From positions 62,001-126,000 of IMG/VR virus record IMGVR_UViG_3300042923_000569: DNA of 64,000 nt, one strand, 5' to 3'. How positions within the stretch are numbered: the first letter of the stretch is position 1; each line of letters starts with the position of its first letter. A program made the position numbers and the translations under genes. Shown here one piece after another: positions 17,927 to 30,380 of this stretch. The notes beneath the pieces are model-generated. The model made no database searches and was not told the origin of the DNA. It was given only the letters and a program-made list of their open reading frames with translations.

Positions 17927-20900
17927 ATGGCGAACGGATTTAAATTTCAGCCTTCAAAAGTATCAGAAGCTGTTAATCAAAAATTGTTCATAAAGAGATT
18001 ACCTGAGTGGATGCAAAATCTTGAACAGATTCAAATGTTCAGTGATGATATCATTCAACAATGGTTTAATCCAGCAGATGAAGAAATCGTAGACGGTTAT
18101 ATCGGTGATCGCGGATCACCTTCGGCTTCAGGAAAGATCTTTTTAAATGAATTAGACATTGCACGTCAGGAATATCAGTTAAGTACTGCATACGTTTCAC
18201 ATAATGCAGATACCAGCGTTCGTTCTCTCCAGTTTTACCCTGACTTAGTTGGTTATTTGGAGCATTACGGTGCTCTTACTGATAATCAAGCACGTCTATT
18301 AAGTGGTAAGTTCTATTCATGGACTCCCCCAATTAACCCTAATAAAATTCAAAACTACAGTTCATATCTTTGGGATAATGAAAACGAATATGGTATTTCT
18401 CCAGACTATATCGTAATGGAACGCGGTGCTCTTAACGGAAACACTTGGTCATTACAGAACTTCTGGTACACCGTAGGTCAAACTCTACCTGATGGATCAG
18501 TAGTAACTGAACAAAGTGCTCAGGGAACTCGATTCAGCCGTGCTCAGGCACCAATTATCGAATATAATAAAAATATCGAACTAACAAATTACGGAACAAC
18601 TTTCCGTGGTGTTGTTGATTACTTATCTGACTCAGTTAAACCTGAAGATATTGTTCAAAAAAACGTAAGTAACAACGTCCGTATCGATGGACATATTCTT
18701 TCTGCTGGCGACCGTATTCTATTCACTAGTATTGGTAACCCAGGAGAAAACAACCGTATCTATAAAGTATACATCAAGCAAATGGCTGATGGAACACGTG
18801 TATATGGCCTTGTATTAGACGAAGACGAAGAAACTACAGTACGCCCTACTGGTGAGCCACTTACCGGTGACGTCGTTCTAATTCGTTCTGGTGACGTTTA
18901 CGGCAACACTTCAGTTTACTGGAATGGTCGTAGCTGGATCACTGCACAAGCTAAAACTGGAGTAAACACATTCCCTATCTTCCAACTTTATGATAAGAAC
19001 GGAATTAAACTAGACAACAGCACTGTTTATCCTAGCAGTACGTTTTCTGGTTCAAGTCTATTTGGCTTGAAAATTAACTTCAACTACGGCTTAGATAAAA
19101 TCTATGGCAAACATGTTGAACTTAGTGAATACAACTACTACATCTTTGAAAACTTCCTACAGACTACACGTTATTCGTATTCTAAAGCTGGTGCGATCAC
19201 TGAGATCCCAGGCTTGTACTTCTATAATGTAATCTCTGAAGTTGGTGGTGTATTAGAACAGAATTTAAAATCAGATTGGGTTAGAAGTGAAGACCAGTCT
19301 AAACAATACGTGCGTCAAGTTCCTGAAGTCACTAAAACTTCAATGTATCGTGTATTCAATACTGTTTCAGAAATGAATCTGTATAAGAATCCGATTGAAA
19401 ATATGTATGCTTATGTGGTCGAAAACGACTCTACCTACAAATATTACAAACCATCAAATAGTACTTTTATGAAGTGGAATGTTATCAGTAGTGTTGCAGT
19501 TCAGTCCGACCGCTTTAAACACACCTATGAATTGGCACAGAAAATTACACCAAACAATACTGATGAATCATTAGAAGTATTCTTTGATGGCGTAAAAACA
19601 TTTGACTACACTACCACATTAAATTCAGATGGTGATGTAGAAAGTATTACTTTCAACAATAGTACTTCTATTAATGAAGACAGCGTTATTGAAATTGTTA
19701 CCTATAGTCCAACTAAGGTTCCTGATGAAACACTAGGTGTATACCAGATTCCTATTAACCTACAGAACAATCCTTATAACGAATTTGTTGATTTTATTCA
19801 CCAAGGTGAATATACCCCACATTTCCTTGAAATTATTGGTAAGAATATTACCAGTGGTTCAGTTAATGATTTAAACAATTACGAACTTCGTTTAGAAGCA
19901 GGTCTTGTTGATAATTCTGTTGGTACTAAAATTATCCAGAATGAAACATCACTACTTCCATTAATGCTTCACAGTGCTAACGAGAACCTAGATTTATTCT
20001 CTGCTATTATTTTTACGCAATACGAATATTTCCGTTTCAAGAATAAGTTCACTGCACAAATGATGAAGATGTATAATGCAAATCCAGCTAACTTCCTAGC
20101 AGAGAGTGCTTCTAACATCGTTGATTTGATTTTCAATGCAATTAATGTTGGCAAAGATAATGCTTTCCCATTTGCATTAGATAATGTTGCAACTAATACA
20201 ACTACAACTAAAACTTTCATTCCACCTACTCCACAATTCTTAGGTATGTTGAAAGCATTCTCTCCTGAGAAAGCTACTTATGTACATGTTGGTCGTGATA
20301 TTGGTTGTTATAATATCGACCATATGGGTGTTGCAAGTAAGGCATATCGTGTTATTAACGGTGTGGATTTAATGGATGAAGTAATTTATGAACTAGAAAA
20401 TCGTGTCTTTAATAGCATCGATAATACTTTCAAATCAGTTGATTATATTCCAGCAATGACCACGGATTTACTAAAGCCTACTCCGTACTTCAACAGTACT
20501 GAATATACTATAGATGAATATATCCAGCTTGAACTTCGTGGTTATGTAAACTTTATCGCAACAAACGGTATTGAAAATGGAACTCACGATTATGACCAAA
20601 GTAATTGGATGACTTGGAATTACACCGGAACTACGTATGTGGTTGATGGAAATCCAACAGAAATTCCTGCTCGTGGTTCATGGCGTGCAATCTATACAGA
20701 TATGTTTGGAACCTATCGACCACATACACATCCGTGGGAAATGTTCGGGTTCTCTCAACGTCCAGATTGGTTTAATCAAGAATACGAACCAACTAAAGTT
20801 CGTCTTGGGGCTGATGCATCTGAATATGTATATGTTTACACTGCATATGTTGTTGATGAGAATGGTGACTTGGTTCCTAGTGGATTGTGGGATACTACAT

Positions 20901-23900
20901 CTACACAAGGTGATGCAAGTACTGGTACAATCCTACATGGAACTCGTGCTGGTCAATATGATCAATTTAAACGTTTTGGTAAACAACCTTTTGAACTTGT
21001 GAGTACTGGTAATTTCTCATCTGATGGTGAAGAAATCTTTGAACTTAATCTTATTGCTCCTGAAGTACTAGGATTAGTTAGTGGTTCATTATCACATGTA
21101 TCTGAACCGTGGGCTTATGGTGACATGGGTGATATGGAATTCACATACATGAATACCGTAATGTATGCATATGATAAAGTCATGGCACTATTACGTGCGA
21201 AACCATGCCAATTTGCAAACTACTTCTATGATACAAAGGGAAGTACTGTTCAGAAGATTGTTAATGATGGTTCACAGTTCCTTTATGGGGAAACTAATAA
21301 GCGTTTGAACTTCAATTCAAATACAATTGTTCATGGTGAAAACGGTCAACGTATTCTAGGATACCAGACTTGGGTAAGTGATTATCTAACATACCAGAAC
21401 AAGAATGTAACTACTAACTACGGAGATATTCTACGTTCATCCGGCGTTAATGTTGGTCACCGGATTGGTGGATTTACTAAACAAGATCAACTAACTTTCA
21501 GTTCTGATAGTTTTGGTTTAGTATCTCAAGAAAACCAACATATCGGTTTAGTTAAGAGTTCTGCATTCCGTGATGAAGTACTAAGTGCAGTTAAAATCCA
21601 ATGGACAGGAACTGGTTTCTCAATTAGTGGATATGACCTCGTTGGTGCTAAACTAAAATATAAAATTGCTAACAAAACTGGTCGTCGCGTATCAGTAACT
21701 GTTGGTAAACGTTCGGTAGTTCATTATAACGAGTACTTAGATCAGTACGGCGAATATGAATACGGAACATTACTTAAAACTTTCCAAGAAGTTTACACAT
21801 TCCTTTGTGGTTATGGTGAATACTTAGAAGATGCTGGTTGGATCTTTGAAGATGTTTCAGAAGATGGTGTAACTCAGGATTGGTCAGTTATAGGTAAGGA
21901 CTTTATTTCATGGAGTGCAACATCTCCAGCCGTGGGTGAATACATTTCAGTATCCCCAAGTACTAAGAATGCTAAATTCGGAACTACTTTCGGTTCAGTA
22001 CAGTCCGTAACACAATTTAATGGTGGTGTATGGTCGTTATTAGACGATACAAACACAGGTATCCGTCCATATGAAATCGATACTTCAAGAATTGGTAACG
22101 TGTTCAGTGTTCGTCTAACTGATGAATCTGATAAAAACATGTCACTAATCCGTGTTAGTGTAGTTGCATATGAACATGCAGTAATTTTTGATGACAAAAC
22201 TATTTTTGGTAACAGCCTTTATATTCCTAAGTATGGTGTAGTTCATGAAATGCTTAAGATGTACGGTTATATTACTGGTTCATGGAATGGTCGCCTAGAA
22301 GCGAAAGGTTTCATTATCTTAGAAGCTGGCACAATGCCAGATTTCGAAAAATTAGTAGATGATTTCAAGAGTTATTATGATGTTGAACATCCAGTTGATA
22401 ACGTTACTATTCGTAATCTAGCACGTCATCTAATTGGATTCCAGACTCGTGATTATATCTCTCAGATGATCACCAGTGATACATCACAAATTGATTTCTA
22501 TCGTGGATTTATCCGTGATAAAGGTACTAATCAGGTATTTGAACGCGTACTCCGTGTATCTAAGTCTTATAATACTGATAACTACAAAGCATTACAGGAA
22601 TGGGCGTTTAAAATTGGTGAATATGGTAACGTATATGGTAAGAAACATCTACAGTTCCAATTAGTCAACAATGAATTCGAACAACAGCCACAAATGTTTA
22701 CCTTCAGTGAATCTGCTACGGCAGACAGTACTGAAAATAATATTGTGTACTTCGGTTCTCAGGGTGTTGATTCACGTTGGATCACCCGTCCTAAAGGACA
22801 GTTCGCATTCCCTACCAGAACTGGTAAAAGTGAAGCAATTCATCTACCAGATATTGGTCCGGTAACATTGAACGAAGTTTCGTATAGTACTCGTGATTTC
22901 AGTACCGCATATACAGACCGTTTATCTTATATCAGCAATACTGGTAATAATCCTACTTCGGTTTGGGTATTACGTGATATGGATAATAACTGGAATGTTT
23001 ACGAATTAGAAAACACTGGTATTACTTTAGAGAGTATTACACCAATTGGTGATGGAGATAACTATCCAGGAAACCACTGTACATTACAATTAAGTGCAGC
23101 ACATGGAATGGAAGATGGAGATTACTTCTTCTTCGTAGACAATTCTGAATATATGCCTGATTTACTTAAAGCAGAAACTCAGTACTTTACCACTGGTGAC
23201 AGTGAAACAAGTTTTGTTATTCCACTTGATGTAACTAATACAATTAATTTTGCAGATAACAATCCAGTACTATATCGTTATGTAAATCGATTCACTGATG
23301 CACAGAAACAAGAATATATCGATAAGAAGTATTCATTCTCTGCACCAGAAAGTTCATTGTTTGTTCGTCCAACAACATATAATTCAGAAACTAACGTAAC
23401 TGAACTATATATGAATGTATATGACCCAATCAATGGTGTTATCCCAGGAACAATCATGGCTGATATAACATATGTTAGTCCAGTAGACCCAGCTAAGTAT
23501 AATAGTGAAAGCGAAACACTTCAAGCATGGGGTTCTGAAAAGGTTGGTCTAGTTTGGTGGAACACTACTAACGCATTCTTCATGGATTATACTCGTCCGG
23601 TATATGACTCGGAAGGTAATGTAGATATAGAAGCTACTAATAACTATAAACGTTATAATTGGGGTAAACTACTACCAAACTCAGAAATTAATGTTCTTGA
23701 GTGGGTAGCATCACCAGTACTTCCTTATGGATGGGCTACACATTGTGAACGCATGGCTAAATTGAATAAAGATAGCAATGCATGGATTCCAAGTGGAGAC
23801 GCAGTAGAGGATTATTATTCAGAATTCCAAGAGTATGATGAAGGTACTGATACTTACAAGACTGTATATTATTTTTGGGTTAAAAACGCAATTTACGTTC

Positions 23901-26900
23901 CAAAAGCTAAGAACAGAAACAAACCTTGTAATGAATTATCAAGAACTATTCAAGACCCTTCATTACTAAATGCTCCTTGGTTCTCACCAATTAGTACTGA
24001 TTCATTTATCATTAGCGGTCTACAACAGGAAATCACTGATGATAAGAGCATCCTTTCAATCACATACCAGAACGATACTACTGAAGTTGTAAAACATGAA
24101 CAGTATCAATTATGCCGTGAAGGTCAGGATTATAATTTTAACCCTGTTATTTGGGAATCAATGTGGAATTCATTGGTATCTCAGGAAACTCTACCCGATG
24201 GTACAGTATCTGAGTTACATTACCCAACTAACGATACCGGTATACTACCTGGTGAAACATGGTTCGAAAATGTCATTGAGGCACGTAGAAACTTTGTTAC
24301 AGCAGCGAACGAGATATACAAAACAATCAACGTAACAACAAACACTGTTGTAATGGATGATGTGTTTAACGTTAAAACTGTTGAAGATAACCCAAATCTA
24401 ATCAGTTTTAAAGTACTAACCTACAATAACGAACTCGTAATCAATCCTTCACAAGAAGCATTTGTTGAGAACGATGCAGTACTAGTAAGTACTTCTGGTA
24501 CACTTCCTTCTCCATTGGATTCAACTACTGTGTACTTCGTACACTTTGATGAAAACAATTACATTCGTTTAATGAACTCCCCAAGCACTTCGGGTTCTAC
24601 TGTGTATATTACACTAGAAGATAAAGGTGAAGGTCAACATAAAATGATTAAACAGTCAGATTATATTGAATCACTAGGAACTTCTTTGGATATGACTCAG
24701 TACTGGACACTAGCTGATTGGTATGACATTGGATATGACGAAAATACCTCTTACACTGATGAGATTAGTATTGATGTAGCAAACCAAAAGAATTATCAAG
24801 AAGGTGATGTTATCCGTATTACGGATGCAGAAGGTACATGGACATTATATGTTAAGACACTATCACGTAATGTTGTAATCTGGCAAGCAATTGCAAGACA
24901 AAACAGTACTATAGCTCTAAACAACCAGTTATATTATGGTTATGACCAGTACAAGGCTGATGGTTCATTGAGTAACGTTGAAGTTAACGTTCGTAAAGCA
25001 CTAGCTTTAATTAAGAACTCCTTCAAAACAACTCAAAGTCGTTTAGTATTTGAAATGGTAAAATATGTTCACACTGAACAAACTGTTGTTGATTGGGTAT
25101 TCAAAACTTCTTACATCTATGTTATTGGCTTAGAGCAATCTTTGCAACAAAATAGTTCGAGTGACAACTTGATTGAACAAATCGTTGAGTACTTCGAAGA
25201 AGTTAAACCGTACAGAACTAAGATTCGTTCTCAAATTGAACAGAAAACTTCCAACACCGATGAAATGACCGGAATTAGCAACGACCTTGATCCTAACGGA
25301 TATGTGTTTGTTGACGGTGCATGGGTTAAGACAGAAGATGATATTTGGGATCATGAATATGCTAAGTTAAACGAAACAACAGGAAAATGGGAAATCGTTG
25401 GTTCATTACCTGCTGGATTTAAATCTCCTTCTCGTGCATTCCAAGAATCGTATGAGATGTTAGTATACGATAACTTCCAGTGTACACCAGATGCAGATTT
25501 GGGTAATAAACTTACTCTTGAAGAAGTTAATAACTCATTCATGAATAATAAAGGTGACGTTCTAGCCCCAGGAAACCATTATAAATTACAACGTTACTCA
25601 TTCACTTATCCAGTGATTGATACTGATTCAATTGACAGTAATGTTCTAATTGGAATCAGTGCGATTTATACTGATATGATTACTACTGGAACTCTACAGG
25701 AAGCAATCAAAGAACAACTACAAAAATATAATGATGATGTAGCAATGACTGAGAAATTTTTGTCAGACCTACAAACCGTATATGATGATGTTGTTGCCGA
25801 TGATAGTACTGTTAAAGTTGCACAGCAATATAATCAGTACAATACACTAGCGAACAGAAGAAGATTATATACTTCACTAAGTGATAATTCAATTTCTCAG
25901 GAAATGAATTGTCCATTCAAAGGTCGAGTATTATCTGATAACTTGAATACACGTTTACCGTTCGGATACTCTGCATCAAATAATGAAAATTATGGATATG
26001 TAATGTATACCCGCGACTTGTACGAGAAGTTTGTTTCACTAGTCACCGAAGCTAATCCTTCATTCAGTACTGAACAAATTAATGATTACCTAGTGTATGA
26101 ATATGGTTTGTATCCTTGGATGTATGATATAGATTCAGTGAACGATTCTGGTATCAAGAATGGAAAGAATTACTTAGATGCACTATATGTACTAACAGCA
26201 ATGAGAAATACATATAACCCTGATAATGATGACCAATTCGAGATTGCAAGACAAATTCTTGCACAACCAACAATCGATATGTACTGTATGGTTATGATTC
26301 CACGTAAGTTAGTAAAAATCAAAAATGTAAACACCGATGAATATCTAGATGTTCCAATGGATGTTAGTCTTGACTTGTTTATGGAAGATGCTTTAATTGT
26401 TAATAACGATGTTGTTACTTTAGAAGAAATTAACCTAGACGATTTACCTCTTGATAAAAACAATCCATTGTATGATGAAATTCAGGATGTATTAACTTTA
26501 GGTTCAGAAATTTACCTAAATGATGCAAACTCATTTGATAACTTCGGTTTAGAATCTCAAACTAAAGATGTATTATATACTGCTAGCGGTACTGTCAATA
26601 CAACACAAGATCCTATATTTGTGGATGTAAGTGATATTAACCCACTAGGTAATGATTCAGCCCAAATGAGATTTACGGTTAACGGATATGGCTATGATAC
26701 CTCTGGTAATCTACAGCTTAAGACCCAAGGTAACTTCCAGATTGAAGGTTATGTTCTACAGAACCCTTACAATACTAAAGAAGCTATCGTAAGTATTCCA
26801 CGCTATACCCAAGCAATTGAGTATATGCAAAGAAATCTAATTTCTAGAAATGAAATTCGTTATTCTTACCAAGTTAAAGATGTAATTGATTCGTCAGGTA

Positions 26901-27937
26901 CTATCCGTCTTGTACAAGAAAATGATTTCAAAGTTGGTGAGAAAGTTATGGTCTTCACTCCTGAAGCAGAAGATTATGATGTACTAATGGCAGATAACAC
27001 TTGGAACACTGTTCTACCTGTTGCTAATATTAAAAATGGAACTCGACCACGCATCTATACTATTTCGTCTGTTACTGGTGATACAATTCGCGTAGGTGGA
27101 TTAACATTCAACGGAACATATGATAGTAACTCAGATGAGTTAATGGTTCCTGGTACACCAACTGCAATTAACGTTGTTCGTATTACTTCATTCAATGATG
27201 CAGAATTCACTAATGGTTCTATATCAATGTATAGTACTGAACGTTCTTACCGAGTAAGTATTCTTGATTATGACTTGTTCTATGATAGAATGATTAAAGG
27301 TGAAACGTACTCAGATACTTATACAGGCGATGATTATGATTCAATGTATATTTCTAATGAGATTGTTGAGATTGATGGAAATGAAGTTGACCACGGATAC
27401 TACCAACCAATATATGGTAAAGGTGTTCTAAGTGAACTAATTCGTACTAAAATGGATGATAGCTTACAGATTTTCGTTTACGAATATCAAGATATTAATC
27501 CAGTACTTAACGGTTCTACCTGGACTTATACTGGAAACTTAGTAGACGGCGTTTACATTAACGATCACGATGCAGCACTAGTTGTTGCGATTTCGGATTC
27601 GGTACAGCATATGGGATATGTAGCAACTCCAATTAAGGTTGAAAGTACTACTATTGAGAATGGTATATTAACTTCTGCATCATCTGCTACTAAAGATTTG
27701 ATTGCAGTAGGTAATGAAATTGTTCTTATTCGTCAGAATGGAAATATGTTGCGTGAAATGTTTGGTACTTGTGAAAACAATTATGTTTCTGGAACTGCTT
27801 ATACCAAGATGGGTGTTATTCTTGGAACGGAAGATACGTTAGAAGTTTACAATGCTAACTACCCTTCAATACCATTGAGTACATTCAGTGCTGGATATAC
27901 AGTTACTGGTTCAGAGATTGAACAATTAATTAAATAA
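17927..27937 (+). CDS. Giant (~3,336 aa) baseplate / virion structural protein (gp7-like position)
   Basis: Single 10-kb ORF after the gp6-like gene; YFEEVKPYRTKIR motif; late promoter and GGAG RBS before ATG 17927. Confidence 0.7.
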   Translation: MANGFKFQPSKVSEAVNQKLFIKRLPEWMQNLEQIQMFSDDIIQQWFNPADEEIVDGYIGDRGSPSASGKIFLNELDIARQEYQLSTAYVSHNADTSVRSLQFYPDLVGYLEHYGALTDNQARLLSGKFYSWTPPINPNKIQNYSSYLWDNENEYGISPDYIVMERGALNGNTWSLQNFWYTVGQTLPDGSVVTEQSAQGTRFSRAQAPIIEYNKNIELTNYGTTFRGVVDYLSDSVKPEDIVQKNVSNNVRIDGHILSAGDRILFTSIGNPGENNRIYKVYIKQMADGTRVYGLVLDEDEETTVRPTGEPLTGDVVLIRSGDVYGNTSVYWNGRSWITAQAKTGVNTFPIFQLYDKNGIKLDNSTVYPSSTFSGSSLFGLKINFNYGLDKIYGKHVELSEYNYYIFENFLQTTRYSYSKAGAITEIPGLYFYNVISEVGGVLEQNLKSDWVRSEDQSKQYVRQVPEVTKTSMYRVFNTVSEMNLYKNPIENMYAYVVENDSTYKYYKPSNSTFMKWNVISSVAVQSDRFKHTYELAQKITPNNTDESLEVFFDGVKTFDYTTTLNSDGDVESITFNNSTSINEDSVIEIVTYSPTKVPDETLGVYQIPINLQNNPYNEFVDFIHQGEYTPHFLEIIGKNITSGSVNDLNNYELRLEAGLVDNSVGTKIIQNETSLLPLMLHSANENLDLFSAIIFTQYEYFRFKNKFTAQMMKMYNANPANFLAESASNIVDLIFNAINVGKDNAFPFALDNVATNTTTTKTFIPPTPQFLGMLKAFSPEKATYVHVGRDIGCYNIDHMGVASKAYRVINGVDLMDEVIYELENRVFNSIDNTFKSVDYIPAMTTDLLKPTPYFNSTEYTIDEYIQLELRGYVNFIATNGIENGTHDYDQSNWMTWNYTGTTYVVDGNPTEIPARGSWRAIYTDMFGTYRPHTHPWEMFGFSQRPDWFNQEYEPTKVRLGADASEYVYVYTAYVVDENGDLVPSGLWDTTSTQGDASTGTILHGTRAGQYDQFKRFGKQPFELVSTGNFSSDGEEIFELNLIAPEVLGLVSGSLSHVSEPWAYGDMGDMEFTYMNTVMYAYDKVMALLRAKPCQFANYFYDTKGSTVQKIVNDGSQFLYGETNKRLNFNSNTIVHGENGQRILGYQTWVSDYLTYQNKNVTTNYGDILRSSGVNVGHRIGGFTKQDQLTFSSDSFGLVSQENQHIGLVKSSAFRDEVLSAVKIQWTGTGFSISGYDLVGAKLKYKIANKTGRRVSVTVGKRSVVHYNEYLDQYGEYEYGTLLKTFQEVYTFLCGYGEYLEDAGWIFEDVSEDGVTQDWSVIGKDFISWSATSPAVGEYISVSPSTKNAKFGTTFGSVQSVTQFNGGVWSLLDDTNTGIRPYEIDTSRIGNVFSVRLTDESDKNMSLIRVSVVAYEHAVIFDDKTIFGNSLYIPKYGVVHEMLKMYGYITGSWNGRLEAKGFIILEAGTMPDFEKLVDDFKSYYDVEHPVDNVTIRNLARHLIGFQTRDYISQMITSDTSQIDFYRGFIRDKGTNQVFERVLRVSKSYNTDNYKALQEWAFKIGEYGNVYGKKHLQFQLVNNEFEQQPQMFTFSESATADSTENNIVYFGSQGVDSRWITRPKGQFAFPTRTGKSEAIHLPDIGPVTLNEVSYSTRDFSTAYTDRLSYISNTGNNPTSVWVLRDMDNNWNVYELENTGITLESITPIGDGDNYPGNHCTLQLSAAHGMEDGDYFFFVDNSEYMPDLLKAETQYFTTGDSETSFVIPLDVTNTINFADNNPVLYRYVNRFTDAQKQEYIDKKYSFSAPESSLFVRPTTYNSETNVTELYMNVYDPINGVIPGTIMADITYVSPVDPAKYNSESETLQAWGSEKVGLVWWNTTNAFFMDYTRPVYDSEGNVDIEATNNYKRYNWGKLLPNSEINVLEWVASPVLPYGWATHCERMAKLNKDSNAWIPSGDAVEDYYSEFQEYDEGTDTYKTVYYFWVKNAIYVPKAKNRNKPCNELSRTIQDPSLLNAPWFSPISTDSFIISGLQQEITDDKSILSITYQNDTTEVVKHEQYQLCREGQDYNFNPVIWESMWNSLVSQETLPDGTVSELHYPTNDTGILPGETWFENVIEARRNFVTAANEIYKTINVTTNTVVMDDVFNVKTVEDNPNLISFKVLTYNNELVINPSQEAFVENDAVLVSTSGTLPSPLDSTTVYFVHFDENNYIRLMNSPSTSGSTVYITLEDKGEGQHKMIKQSDYIESLGTSLDMTQYWTLADWYDIGYDENTSYTDEISIDVANQKNYQEGDVIRITDAEGTWTLYVKTLSRNVVIWQAIARQNSTIALNNQLYYGYDQYKADGSLSNVEVNVRKALALIKNSFKTTQSRLVFEMVKYVHTEQTVVDWVFKTSYIYVIGLEQSLQQNSSSDNLIEQIVEYFEEVKPYRTKIRSQIEQKTSNTDEMTGISNDLDPNGYVFVDGAWVKTEDDIWDHEYAKLNETTGKWEIVGSLPAGFKSPSRAFQESYEMLVYDNFQCTPDADLGNKLTLEEVNNSFMNNKGDVLAPGNHYKLQRYSFTYPVIDTDSIDSNVLIGISAIYTDMITTGTLQEAIKEQLQKYNDDVAMTEKFLSDLQTVYDDVVADDSTVKVAQQYNQYNTLANRRRLYTSLSDNSISQEMNCPFKGRVLSDNLNTRLPFGYSASNNENYGYVMYTRDLYEKFVSLVTEANPSFSTEQINDYLVYEYGLYPWMYDIDSVNDSGIKNGKNYLDALYVLTAMRNTYNPDNDDQFEIARQILAQPTIDMYCMVMIPRKLVKIKNVNTDEYLDVPMDVSLDLFMEDALIVNNDVVTLEEINLDDLPLDKNNPLYDEIQDVLTLGSEIYLNDANSFDNFGLESQTKDVLYTASGTVNTTQDPIFVDVSDINPLGNDSAQMRFTVNGYGYDTSGNLQLKTQGNFQIEGYVLQNPYNTKEAIVSIPRYTQAIEYMQRNLISRNEIRYSYQVKDVIDSSGTIRLVQENDFKVGEKVMVFTPEAEDYDVLMADNTWNTVLPVANIKNGTRPRIYTISSVTGDTIRVGGLTFNGTYDSNSDELMVPGTPTAINVVRITSFNDAEFTNGSISMYSTERSYRVSILDYDLFYDRMIKGETYSDTYTGDDYDSMYISNEIVEIDGNEVDHGYYQPIYGKGVLSELIRTKMDDSLQIFVYEYQDINPVLNGSTWTYTGNLVDGVYINDHDAALVVAISDSVQHMGYVATPIKVESTTIENGILTSASSATKDLIAVGNEIVLIRQNGNMLREMFGTCENNYVSGTAYTKMGVILGTEDTLEVYNANYPSIPLSTFSAGYTVTGSEIEQLIK

Positions 27938-27964
27938 AAAAAAGGGAGCCATTGGCTCCCTTTT
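27936..27964. terminator. Bidirectional terminator
   Basis: A8-GGGAGCC-att-GGCTCCC-T4 between convergent genes. Confidence 0.85.
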
Positions 27965-27968
27965 GTTT

Positions 27969-30272
27969 TTATACTAGTTTGATTTCGCCATCGACAACAT
28001 CAAAGTTTGCAACACCACCATTCTGTAGAGAACCAATTAAGATTTCTTTAGACAATGGTACGCGGATCTTATCATTGATGATACGTTTCATTGGACGTGC
28101 ACCCATTCCTGGAGTAACACCTTTCTTAGCCAATTCTTCTTTAGCTGCTGGTGATAGTAGTACTGTGACATTACGACCGTCAAGATCTGACTGAAGTTCT
28201 GCAATAAACTTATCAACAACACTTAGAATTACATCATGACCAAGTTCTTTGAACTTAATAACACTATCAATACGGTTCATAAACTCTGGTGGTAAATGCT
28301 GCTTAATTGCTGCATCCATACCATCATCGCCGCCTGAATTCATTCCCATAGACATTACTGAAGAATCACGTGCACCTAAGTTGGTTGTCATGATAATAGT
28401 AACATTATCGAAATATACAGTTTTACCGTGTGAACCAGTTAGTCGTCCTTCATCCATAACCTGTAGGAAAGTTAGAAGTACTTTACGGTTCGCCTTCTCA
28501 ATTTCATCAAGAAGTAGAATACAGTTCGGATGCTGTTCAACTTTGTCTAGTAGTGCACCATTACCTGAATCATGGCCTACATAGCCTGGTGGTGAACCGA
28601 TAAGTTTAGATACGTTATGCTCTTGAGCATATTCTGACATATCAAAGCGAATTAGTTCCTGACCCATTGAATCAGCAAGTGCTTTGGTAATTTCAGTTTT
28701 ACCTGTACCTGATGGACCTACAAACATAAATGCACCTTGAATAGTACTTTTACCGCGTAGACCTGCACGAGCAACCATTACGTTTTCAACCAATTTCTCA
28801 ACTGCTTGATCCTGACCAAATACACGGTTACGTAGATTATCGCCAAGTTCTAACATACGAGTACTTTCCGCACACGCAACTACTTCCAATGGTAAGTTTG
28901 CTACACGAGCAACTTCACTTACAATATCTTCACGTTCGATAACATCTGCTGGATTAGCTTTGTTACGGTTACGTGCACCAGCAGCATCTAGTAGATCGAT
29001 TGCTTTATCAGGGAAACGTTTATTCTGTAGATACTTACTTGATAGTTCTAGAATTGCATCAATTGCCGCAGCAGAGAATACAGTACTATGGAACTTCTCG
29101 TAGGTAGCTTTAATCCCGTTAACAATCAAACGAGTTTCATCTAAAGTAGGTTCTAGAATATCAACCTTCATGAAACGGCGTTGTAGTGCTGCGTCTTTTT
29201 CAATGTGTTTACGATATTCATCGTATGTAGTTGCACCGATAACACGGATTTCACCGCGAGACAATGCAGGCTTTAACATATTGCTCATGTCCAAAGAACC
29301 TGAACCAGATGCACCAGCACCCATAATTGTGTGAATTTCATCAATGAAAAGAATAACATTTTCACGTTCTTTCAATTCAGAAAGAAGACTATCAACACGT
29401 TCTTCGAACTCACCACGATACTTAGTACCGGCAGTGAATGCACCCATGTTTAGAGATAAGATCTCAACATCACGCATTTCTTCTGGAACTGTACCAGCAG
29501 CGATCATTTGTGCAAGACCATCTACGATTTGTGTTTTACCAACACCTGGCTCACCAACTAATGCAGCATTCTTTTTAGTTTTACGAGAAAGAATCTGTAC
29601 TAGATCTGCTAGTTCAACTTCGCGACCGATAAGAGGATCAAGTTTACCTTCTGAAGCAAGTTCAGTTAGGTTAGTAGTAAAGTTTTTAATAGAATTTTTT
29701 GATTCTACTTTTACATTCGTAGTTGAACCAGATGCAGAACGTTTAGAACTAATTTCTGTTTTTTCTGGTACTTCATCAGAAGTACTGCTACGCAAATCGA
29801 TATCGTAATCGATACTGTTAATGTAACTTTGTAGTTCACGTGCAACCGCAGTGCGACTTAGATCAAGTTCTTCTAGTGCAGCATCTAGTGCAGTGTTAGG
29901 GAATGATAAACATTCAAAAAGAATGAAATACGCTTGGATAGTGTAATCATTTTCTTTAAGTTGTTCAATTACTGACTTCTTTTGAAGTTCGAACATGATC
30001 TTACTTACCATTGATGATACTGGTGTTTTCTTATCAAGATCGACTTGTTCTTCCACTGAATACGGAAGTGCTGGTGAAGTAGATTTCTCCAGATAATCAG
30101 TAATGCGGTCTTTTAATTTTTTAGCACTGATATCGTTTTCGTTCAAGAACTCGATAATGCTTGGAATGTCAAGAGCAACAACAGTTAAATGATCAACAGA
30201 CAAAATGCTGTGACCTAAAGAACGTGCTAGTTGTTCACCCTTCTGGAAAAAATCGTCGAAACTGTAGCTCAT
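27969..30272 (-). CDS. clpA: ClpA-like Hsp100 AAA+ ATPase (Clp protease ATP-binding subunit)
   Basis: Two AAA modules ([15 protein letters not shown]; [16 protein letters not shown]), [24 protein letters not shown]; no ClpB middle domain. Confidence 0.9.
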   Translation of the reverse strand: MSYSFDDFFQKGEQLARSLGHSILSVDHLTVVALDIPSIIEFLNENDISAKKLKDRITDYLEKSTSPALPYSVEEQVDLDKKTPVSSMVSKIMFELQKKSVIEQLKENDYTIQAYFILFECLSFPNTALDAALEELDLSRTAVARELQSYINSIDYDIDLRSSTSDEVPEKTEISSKRSASGSTTNVKVESKNSIKNFTTNLTELASEGKLDPLIGREVELADLVQILSRKTKKNAALVGEPGVGKTQIVDGLAQMIAAGTVPEEMRDVEILSLNMGAFTAGTKYRGEFEERVDSLLSELKERENVILFIDEIHTIMGAGASGSGSLDMSNMLKPALSRGEIRVIGATTYDEYRKHIEKDAALQRRFMKVDILEPTLDETRLIVNGIKATYEKFHSTVFSAAAIDAILELSSKYLQNKRFPDKAIDLLDAAGARNRNKANPADVIEREDIVSEVARVANLPLEVVACAESTRMLELGDNLRNRVFGQDQAVEKLVENVMVARAGLRGKSTIQGAFMFVGPSGTGKTEITKALADSMGQELIRFDMSEYAQEHNVSKLIGSPPGYVGHDSGNGALLDKVEQHPNCILLLDEIEKANRKVLLTFLQVMDEGRLTGSHGKTVYFDNVTIIMTTNLGARDSSVMSMGMNSGGDDGMDAAIKQHLPPEFMNRIDSVIKFKELGHDVILSVVDKFIAELQSDLDGRNVTVLLSPAAKEELAKKGVTPGMGARPMKRIINDKIRVPLSKEILIGSLQNGGVANFDVVDGEIKLV

Positions 30273-30311
30273 CGTGCTCTCCTACGTTTTAATTTTATCT
30301 GTAACTAGTAT

Positions 30312-30340
30312 ATTATATCACAATTTTCTAACCCGTTCCA
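30312..30340 (-). promoter_or_regulatory. Phage promoter TGGAACG-N16-TATAAT for clpA; divergent late TAAATA at 30345-30350
   Basis: Minus strand reads TGGAACGggttagaaaattgtgaTATAAT. Confidence 0.7.
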
Positions 30341-30380
30341 AAAATAAATACAATATAGATTTCTTTTTGGAGATTAGAAA

